DNA of 4,171 nt, from the IMG/VR virus record IMGVR_UViG_3300029476_000079, one strand, 5' to 3'. The notes beneath the pieces were generated by a model, which worked only from the letters and a program-made list of their open reading frames with translations, was not told the DNA's origin and made no database searches. The position numbers were made by a program, and so were the translations under genes. This stretch comes from a virus (Duplodnaviria; Heunggongvirae; Uroviricota; Caudoviricetes). This document shows positions 1 through 4,171 of this stretch, piece by piece (position 1 is the first letter of the stretch; every line of letters begins with the position of its first letter).

Positions 1-153
1 AAATACAAAATCTATAACCATGCATTAATTCATTCACAAGACCTGATCATGCTGCGGTCTGGTGAATTTTCTAAATCGCCTATTCGAGTTTCATTTTGCC
101 CGTTCTGTGGTGAAAGTCTGAAAACGTGGGAAGCGGAGGCAACCAGTGAATAA
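1..153 (+). CDS. Hypothetical protein, 5'-truncated by window start (C-terminal 50 aa visible; ends ...VSFCPFCGESLKTWEAEATSE)
   Basis: Frame 1 is open from base 1 to TAA at 151-153. Internal ATG at 49 has no Shine-Dalgarno, so the gene most likely starts upstream of the window. Its stop overlaps the GTG start of the next gene (GTGAATAA, 146-153), the same coupled arrangement as the rest of the operon. C-terminal CPxCG motif. Confidence 0.45.
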   Translation, partial: KYKIYNHALIHSQDLIMLRSGEFSKSPIRVSFCPFCGESLKTWEAEATSE

Positions 154-790
154 CCGCTTTTACCTGATGTGCTTGCGTGAAACTGTGGGTAATAACGCCT
201 CATTCCATTGCCATAACGGCAATGGTTACAGTTCTGATATCGATCGCGCTCATGTTTACACGCTGGAAGAAGCCCAAAAAGCCTGGAATTGTGGGCGAGA
301 TATCGATCAGCCTGTTTGCGCGGATAGCGTGGATGCAATGGCAGTGTGGCACGTTGATTGCCAGTACATCCCTACAGAAAGCCTGATTGAGTCAGATTGC
401 ACTGCGTATGTGGCCTACAAAAAAGGTAGCTGGAACGGCAACGATGTTTACTGGCTTCAACACGGTGGATTGCCAACAGATGACTTCAGTAAAGCGACCA
501 TCTTTAGCGTCGCCAACAAAAACGAACCAGGAATAGTTTGGTTGCCATTTTCCATTGCTGATGCAGCAAAGCGCCGGACGTTCAATATCAATAAATTTAA
601 CCGCAGAACAATGGTTCAGGGCGCAGGTTTGGTCATGCCTGACTGGTTGAAAAAGCAGAACAGAAGAAAGAAGTCGCGAAGCGGGAAGGTGCGTTGGAAT
701 TGTCCGCATTGCGGAAAAATCACCTGGCAGTACANNNNNNNNNNNNNNNNNNNNNNNNNNNNNNNNNNNNGTGAAGGATGGCGAGAATGA
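146..790 (+). CDS. Hypothetical prophage protein (~214 aa), basic C-terminal region followed by a CPHCG motif; residues encoded by 735-770 undetermined
   Basis: GTG start at 146 preceded by GGAGG (135-139) with 6-nt spacing. Open frame to TGA 788-790, which overlaps the ATG of the next gene (ATGA at 787-790). The frame passes through the 36-nt N-run, so the exact C-terminus is unverifiable. No family recognised. Confidence 0.6.
   Translation: MNNRFYLMCLRETVGNNASFHCHNGNGYSSDIDRAHVYTLEEAQKAWNCGRDIDQPVCADSVDAMAVWHVDCQYIPTESLIESDCTAYVAYKKGSWNGNDVYWLQHGGLPTDDFSKATIFSVANKNEPGIVWLPFSIADAAKRRTFNINKFNRRTMVQGAGLVMPDWLKKQNRRKKSRSGKVRWNCPHCGKITWQYXXXXXXXXXXXXXEGWRE
735..770. other. Run of 36 undetermined bases (N): assembly gap or masked segment
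   Basis: Literal n characters in the sequence. Length is a multiple of 3 and the flanking ORF stays in frame across it. Confidence 0.95.
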
Positions 791-1355
791 CAATTGACTA
801 TCAGGTACTGCGTGAGGCGGCAGAAAAGGCAACACCAGACGAATGGGTCGCATTTATTTCGACGGATACTGGTACTTATGCGGTGCACACGCCCGGTGAT
901 GAACGATGTGAAGACGTTATCAAATGGACCGGCTTTGATGGACAGAAAAATGCAGAGAACAACGCTCGTTATGTTGCCGCGTTCAACCCAAAGGTTGCTT
1001 TGGCACTACTGGATGAACGGGAAAGAAACCAGCAATACATCAAACGCCGCGACCAGGAGAACGAGGATATTGCGCTTACGGTTGGGAAGCTGCGCGTTGA
1101 GCTTGAAGCNNNNNNNNNNNNNNNNNNNNNNNNNNNNNNNNNNNNNNNNNNNTTATCTCTGATGGGTGCAAGCGTATTGCTGAACTGGAAGCGCGGGAAG
1201 TTCAATTACCGACTCGCTACGACCTTCGATATGGACACCCGATAAATGCAGATGAGCGACAAGTCATGATACCTAAAGAAAATGGCAGTTGGCTTTACCT
1301 GATTGACCTAGAACACGCATTACGCGTCGCTGACATTCGTATCAAAGGAGAGTGA
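787..1355 (+). CDS. Ead/Ea22-like prophage early protein, reading frame interrupted at the N-run 1110-1152
   Basis: ATG 787 with AAGGA (774-778) 8 nt upstream (alternative in-frame ATG at 778). N-terminal part in frame 1 reads MTIDYQVLREAAEKATPDEW...ARYVAAFNPKVALALLDERERNQQYIKRRDQENEDIALTVGKLRVELEA. After the 43-nt N-run, an uninterrupted start-less ORF in frame 0 (1155-1355) reads ISDGCKRIAELEAREVQLPTRYDLRYGHPINADERQVMIPKENGSWLYLIDLEHALRVADIRIKGE and ends at TGA 1353-1355, one base before the next start codon. The NP.VALALLDE and RIAELEAR motifs match my recollection of the Ead/Ea22 family; this is not database-verified. Confidence 0.55.
1110..1152. other. Run of 43 undetermined bases (N) inside the Ead/Ea22-like gene
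   Basis: Literal n characters. Length is not a multiple of 3 and the coding frame differs on the two sides (frame 1 before, frame 0 after). Confidence 0.95.
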
Positions 1356-1356
1356 T

Positions 1357-1620
1357 ATGGCCACTTTAACAAAAAAAGAACGGGCATGGTTGAATGAATT
1401 ACAGGACGTTCTTGATCGCTGTCCATCACCAAAAAAAATTGGTTTTTACACCATTGGCGATAAAACCATTTACCTGTATGACCTACGCCGCATGGATGAA
1501 ATCATGGAGGCTCTTGATAATCGTTCGTCGATGGATTGGTGTGTTGCTGTCCATGATATGAATGCAGGGTTTGATGAAAAGATTTTGTTCCCCTCATCAG
1601 TTGAAAGCACTGCGGGTTAA
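1357..1620 (+). CDS. Hypothetical protein, 87 aa (MATLTKKERAWLNELQDVLDRCPSPKK...)
   Basis: ATG 1357 preceded by AAAGGAGAG (1344-1352). The start lies 1 nt after the upstream stop. Ends at TAA 1618-1620, which is embedded in the SD of the next gene. No family recognised. Confidence 0.7.
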   Translation: MATLTKKERAWLNELQDVLDRCPSPKKIGFYTIGDKTIYLYDLRRMDEIMEALDNRSSMDWCVAVHDMNAGFDEKILFPSSVESTAG

Positions 1621-1630
1621 GGAGTAACAC

Positions 1631-3175
1631 ATGACCACTATAACCAAAGAGCGACTGCTGACAATCAAGCAGTGGCGCGAAACATACGGACCGGGTAGCA
1701 ACGTTGTACTGCCAGCAGAAGAAGCGGAAGAACTGGCACGGATTGCACTGGCATCATTGGAAGCAGATCCAGTTAAACGAGTTAACTCAGATCAGATGCA
1801 CCGAGTCTGCTTAGAAGCTAATCGCTATTTAGATAAATATGACGCGATGGCGAAAGAGGTAAATAAGTTGCTTGGACGCATCGCCCCGCCAGCGCCAGTA
1901 TTTAACGGCGAATACGGTGACGCATATCAGGGCGCTCGTGAAGACCTGTCCATCTGGAAACGGCGAGCGCTTGAAGCTGATGAGCACGTTCGGCGACTGG
2001 AGCAAATCAATGACCACATGGTGAAAGAGGCGCAGGGAGAATCACGCATGGGCGAGCCTGTAATACGTGAGCCAGCACCGGTAGTGCCTGAAGAAGCAAC
2101 TCCGGAAAACGTAGAAATGCTCTCTGGCTATGTTTCAACGTACAAATTAACCGATAGCGAGCGCGATATTGCTGCCGAAATATGGAACGCCTGCCGCGCC
2201 GCCATGCTTCAGTCCGGAAACTTTCGGGAAAACAAGAATTCGTCAACCAATAATTTTCGGGAAATCGCGGAAACGTCAACCAACTATCCGGCAATTCCTA
2301 GTGAGGTGTTGTCCGCAATCCTGAAGGTTGCCAGGATTCGTGCCGATTTCGATGATTTTGACGGTGACAGGCGAGGTATCGGTGATTGTCTGGATGAGGC
2401 CGAGCAAGAGCTTATCGTTACCATTAACAAATATGCCAGTCAGTTGGCAGCAGAACCGATAGCGACTAATGACGTTCGAGAGCAAACAGCCGTTCCGCCA
2501 ATACAGGCTGATGTCGCGCAAGCAATTGAAAATCTCAAGCAGAAGTTAGTGGAATGCAATCGCTATAACTACTGCGCAGATGCAGTGAAGAACGTAGAGG
2601 ATGCCTGCCGTGCTGTTAGCTATAGCCAAGCCGACAATCAGCCAGCATCTGGCAACCAGGCTGCCGAATCCAATCGCGGTAATGAGTGGACTGGCAATCC
2701 TGATATTGATAACGCCATCATCATGCTCGACCGCATAGATACGCTGGAAAATTGCGATGATGACCGTATTGAGGCTGTTAAGGCTGTTTTGCGTAGACTG
2801 GCAGGCAACTATCCGGATATTCCGGATAGTTCGGTGCCAGCACCAGGAAAGGGCGTCACCGGTGAACGTATCCGAATTAAGCCGCATGTTTATCGCGAAC
2901 TGGTTAACCGTCTCCACGATACAGCGATCAAGTGTGCTGGCACCCAGCAATTACGAGAAAGAATTAGCCGTGTTTTGGGCGACGTTATTACACCAGATCA
3001 TCATAAACAAGCCGAGAAAAGTGGCCTGGAAAGGTGTCACCTTGAGGCGGCATTAAACATTAAGCCGGGGCATACGCTTGGCATTATTGATGCACTATTG
3101 GTTCATAAGATGGCCAGGGCTTTATTGCCGCTGGTGGCTGAAAAGCATGAGGCGGACCATGCCAACGAAAGCTGA
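1631..3175 (+). CDS. Large hypothetical protein, 514 aa, rich in Asp/Glu/Ala/Asn, with an internal 11-aa tandem repeat and an acidic DFDDFDGD cluster; function unknown
   Basis: ATG 1631 preceded by AAGGAG (1619-1624) at 6-nt spacing. A 1545-nt uninterrupted ORF, the longest in the window, makes all antisense track ORFs inside it implausible. No catalytic motif confidently recognised. Confidence 0.8.
   Translation: MTTITKERLLTIKQWRETYGPGSNVVLPAEEAEELARIALASLEADPVKRVNSDQMHRVCLEANRYLDKYDAMAKEVNKLLGRIAPPAPVFNGEYGDAYQGAREDLSIWKRRALEADEHVRRLEQINDHMVKEAQGESRMGEPVIREPAPVVPEEATPENVEMLSGYVSTYKLTDSERDIAAEIWNACRAAMLQSGNFRENKNSSTNNFREIAETSTNYPAIPSEVLSAILKVARIRADFDDFDGDRRGIGDCLDEAEQELIVTINKYASQLAAEPIATNDVREQTAVPPIQADVAQAIENLKQKLVECNRYNYCADAVKNVEDACRAVSYSQADNQPASGNQAAESNRGNEWTGNPDIDNAIIMLDRIDTLENCDDDRIEAVKAVLRRLAGNYPDIPDSSVPAPGKGVTGERIRIKPHVYRELVNRLHDTAIKCAGTQQLRERISRVLGDVITPDHHKQAEKSGLERCHLEAALNIKPGHTLGIIDALLVHKMARALLPLVAEKHEADHANES
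2219..2284 (+). repeat. Imperfect in-frame tandem direct repeat, 2 x 33 bp, inside the 514-aa CDS
   Basis: aactttcgggaaaacaagaattcgtcaaccaat (2219-2251) versus aattttcgggaaatcgcggaaacgtcaaccaac (2252-2284), 25/33 identical. Encodes NFRENKNSSTN / NFREIAETSTN. Confidence 0.6.
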
Positions 3176-3443
3176 ATTACAGGTGCGCGTAGATGAGCTT
3201 GAAAAAGAGAACGCGAGCCTCAAAAAAATGCTGTCGCGGGCGGAAAGGGAATTATCAGGCAAATTATTGCCAGAAGAACTGCCACCAGCAGATATACCTG
3301 ATCGAGTGTCCTGGTGGATGAAGTATTTCCGTGCACCGTGGGAGGCGTTTTGGTGCTACGACCATCGCAGATGGTGTGATGAACTTGATAGCAGTTTTCC
3401 CTACTTTGCGGAAGGGAACACCTGCCCTCAATGCAGGGGATAG
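3159..3443 (+). CDS. Hypothetical small protein, 94 aa: N-terminal coiled-coil-like segment plus C-terminal four-Cys zinc-ribbon-like motif (C-x6-C-x15-C-x2-C)
   Basis: ATG 3159 preceded by GAGG (3149-3152) at 6-nt spacing. Overlaps the stop of the 514-aa gene by 17 nt. Ends at TAG 3441-3443. The track's longer start at 3078 has no SD and lies inside the upstream gene. Sequence MPTKAELQVRVDELEKENASLKKMLSRAERELSGK...WCYDHRRWCDELDSSFPYFAEGNTCPQCRG. Confidence 0.6.
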   Translation: MPTKAELQVRVDELEKENASLKKMLSRAERELSGKLLPEELPPADIPDRVSWWMKYFRAPWEAFWCYDHRRWCDELDSSFPYFAEGNTCPQCRG

Positions 3444-3501
3444 CATTTGACGAAATCGATCACCCTATCCTGAACTTCAGAAAGAAGGTCTTTTTCACGC
3501 G

Positions 3502-3529
3502 CCAGGACGTCAGGATATTGACGTTCTGG
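3502..3529. repeat. Imperfect inverted repeat (10-bp arms, 8-nt loop): CCAGGACGTC-aggatatt-GACGTTCTGG
   Basis: Arms are complementary at 9/10 positions; the mismatch would be a G-U pair in RNA. Lies about 60 nt downstream of the last operon gene. No U-run follows on either strand, so it is not a canonical intrinsic terminator. Confidence 0.35.
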
Positions 3530-3810
3530 CCTTATCAGATGCCGGAGCTTCCCATTAAGCAGAATGGCCTCAGAAAACACTTTTACGCTGTGCTTTATCC
3601 CCTCTGTTTCACTTTTCAGCGTCAAAATAAAGCGCAATTGCTTATTAGCCTGATTCGGATTCAATACACGAATTTGCAGTTCGTCTATGCTGTTTCGCAA
3701 TGGGATTGATGCCACCACACTGGTGCAGTCTCTGATTGTCTGAATTGAACGGCTAACATTGAGAACGTTATTGTGCATGTGCCTGATCCACTAACTCCTG
3801 GAGGTTTCTT

Positions 3811-3957
3811 GTGTCAGATCGAAATATAGCAGCTAAAAGCCAGGAAGAGCGAGACAAGGTGAACGTAGACCTTGCCGCCAGCGGCGTTGCTTACAAACCC
3901 CGCTTTCACAAACTATGCCTTTTCAATGTATACTGTGTGAATAAACAGTATCATTAA
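3811..3957 (+). CDS. Candidate small ORF, 48 aa (MSDRNIAAKSQEERDKVNVDLAASGVAYKPRFHKLCLFNVYCVNKQYH)
   Basis: GTG 3811 preceded by GGAGG (3800-3804) at 6-nt spacing. Open to TAA 3955-3957. The 3' third overlaps the promoter and LexA box of the downstream gene. Too short to judge by composition; below the ORF-track length cutoff. Confidence 0.25.
   Translation: MSDRNIAAKSQEERDKVNVDLAASGVAYKPRFHKLCLFNVYCVNKQYH
3905..3934 (+). promoter_or_regulatory. Candidate sigma70 promoter for the UmuD'-like gene: -35 TTCACA (3905-3910), 18-nt spacer, -10 TATACT (3929-3934)
   Basis: Hexamers resemble TTGACA/TATAAT. The -10 overlaps the LexA box, the usual layout for SOS-repressed promoters. Identified by eye only. 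Confidence 0.4.
3931..3950 (+). promoter_or_regulatory. LexA operator (SOS box) TACTGTGTGAATAAACAGTA
   Basis: Exact CTGT-N8-ACAG core with flanking TA...TA, matching the consensus TACTG(TA)5CAGTA. Lies 17 nt upstream of the ATG of the UmuD'-like gene. The E. coli umuDC operator, as I recall it, is TACTGTATATAAAAACAGTA. Confidence 0.8.
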
Positions 3958-3967
3958 GGTAAAACGC

Positions 3968-4171
3968 TATGGGCTTCCCTTCTCCTGCGGCGGATTATGT
4001 TGAAAGCCGTATTTCTCTTGATCAGCAACTAATCAGACATCCTTCAGCGACCTACTTCATGCGGGCGGCAGACAGCCATCACCGTGAGGGAATATTGCAA
4101 GGTGCTTTGCTGGTGGTTGATTCCTCACTTACTCCGGTTGATGGCTCACTGCTTATATGCGCTATGGAGGG
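3968..4171 (+). CDS. umuD: UmuD'-like (HumD-like) peptidase S24 family protein, 3'-truncated by window end; natively lacks the N-terminal arm of UmuD
   Basis: ATG 3968 with AGG (3957-3959) 8 nt upstream. Translation [68 protein letters not shown] aligns to E. coli UmuD residues 25 onward ([68 protein letters not shown]). In-frame stop at 3938-3940 with no start codon between it and 3968, so the protein genuinely begins at the Cys24/Gly25 cleavage-site equivalent. Confidence 0.85.

Noticed and set aside
30-338. Minus-strand 102-aa ORF from the track
   Set aside because: It lies entirely antisense to two SD-supported + strand genes and has no RBS. Its Cys/Arg/His-rich, low-complexity translation is typical of an antisense shadow ORF.
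177-386. Plus-strand 69-aa ORF in an alternative frame
   Set aside because: Fully nested in the 214-aa gene in a different frame, with no SD.
392-888. Minus-strand ORFs 392-853 and 616-888
   Set aside because: Both are antisense to the 214-aa and Ead-like genes and read through the N-run, so their length is partly an artefact of X codons.
794-1205. Plus-strand ORF 794-1162 and minus-strand ORF 969-1205
   Set aside because: Alternative-frame or antisense overlaps with the Ead/Ea22-like gene, both extended by the N-run.
778-1245. Track call of a 155-aa protein ending ...LSLMGASVLLNWKRGKFNYRLATTFDMDTR
   Set aside because: The post-gap portion is most likely out of frame; the frame-0 continuation to 1355 is the better C-terminus (see findings). 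Only the pre-gap part is kept.
2860-2905. Possible HEPN-like R-x(4-6)-H motif (RELVNRLH) in the 514-aa protein
   Set aside because: A short motif that occurs frequently by chance, with no surrounding HEPN-like helical context that I can verify.
1829-2950. Four minus-strand ORFs (1829-2017, 2007-2294, 2276-2521, 2546-2950) and plus-strand ORF 2757-3056
   Set aside because: All are nested within the 1545-nt SD-led 514-aa ORF. They have no RBS and show aberrant composition, so they are shadow ORFs.
3078-3158. Longer N-terminus (start at 3078) for the 94-aa gene
   Set aside because: No SD at 3078, 3090 or 3147. The extra 27 residues are W/R/C-rich and lie inside the 3' end of the 514-aa gene. 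ATG 3159 has a GAGG at ideal spacing.
3428-3778. Minus-strand 116-aa ORF and overlapping plus-strand 92-aa ORF (3431-3709)
   Set aside because: The two are mutually exclusive. The minus ORF's only AGGAG is 16 nt from its ATG, and the plus ORF has no SD and an F/Y/W/Q-rich translation. Neither is reported as a feature, but the region is flagged in findings.
3873-3890. Short GC inverted repeat (CGCC-agc-GGCG) upstream of the promoter
   Set aside because: Only a 4-bp stem with no following T-run; not distinguishable from chance.
1-4171. Scan for CRISPR repeats, tRNA/rRNA, IS elements, additional LexA boxes and att-like repeats
   Set aside because: No regularly spaced direct repeats, no tRNA-like or transposase-like sequence, and no second CTGT-N8-ACAG site were seen by eye.

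Overview
The window reads as an enterobacterial (E. coli/Salmonella-like) lambdoid-prophage early/accessory region, with every supportable gene on the + strand. Positions 1-3443 form a tightly packed, translationally coupled operon of six genes: a 5'-truncated ORF, a 214-aa hypothetical protein, an Ead/Ea22-like protein whose frame is broken by an N-run, and an uncharacterised three-gene cassette of 87 aa, 514 aa and 94 aa. Positions 3444-3810 have no confident gene. A small SD-led ORF (3811-3957) precedes a canonical LexA (SOS) box and promoter, which drive a UmuD'-like (phage P1 HumD-like) S24-peptidase gene that starts exactly at the UmuD cleavage site and runs off the window end. Two runs of N (735-770, 1110-1152) sit inside coding sequence and make the ORF-track calls across them unreliable. 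No rRNA, tRNA, CRISPR array or transposase was recognised. All family assignments are from reading the translations and recalling motifs; no database search was run.
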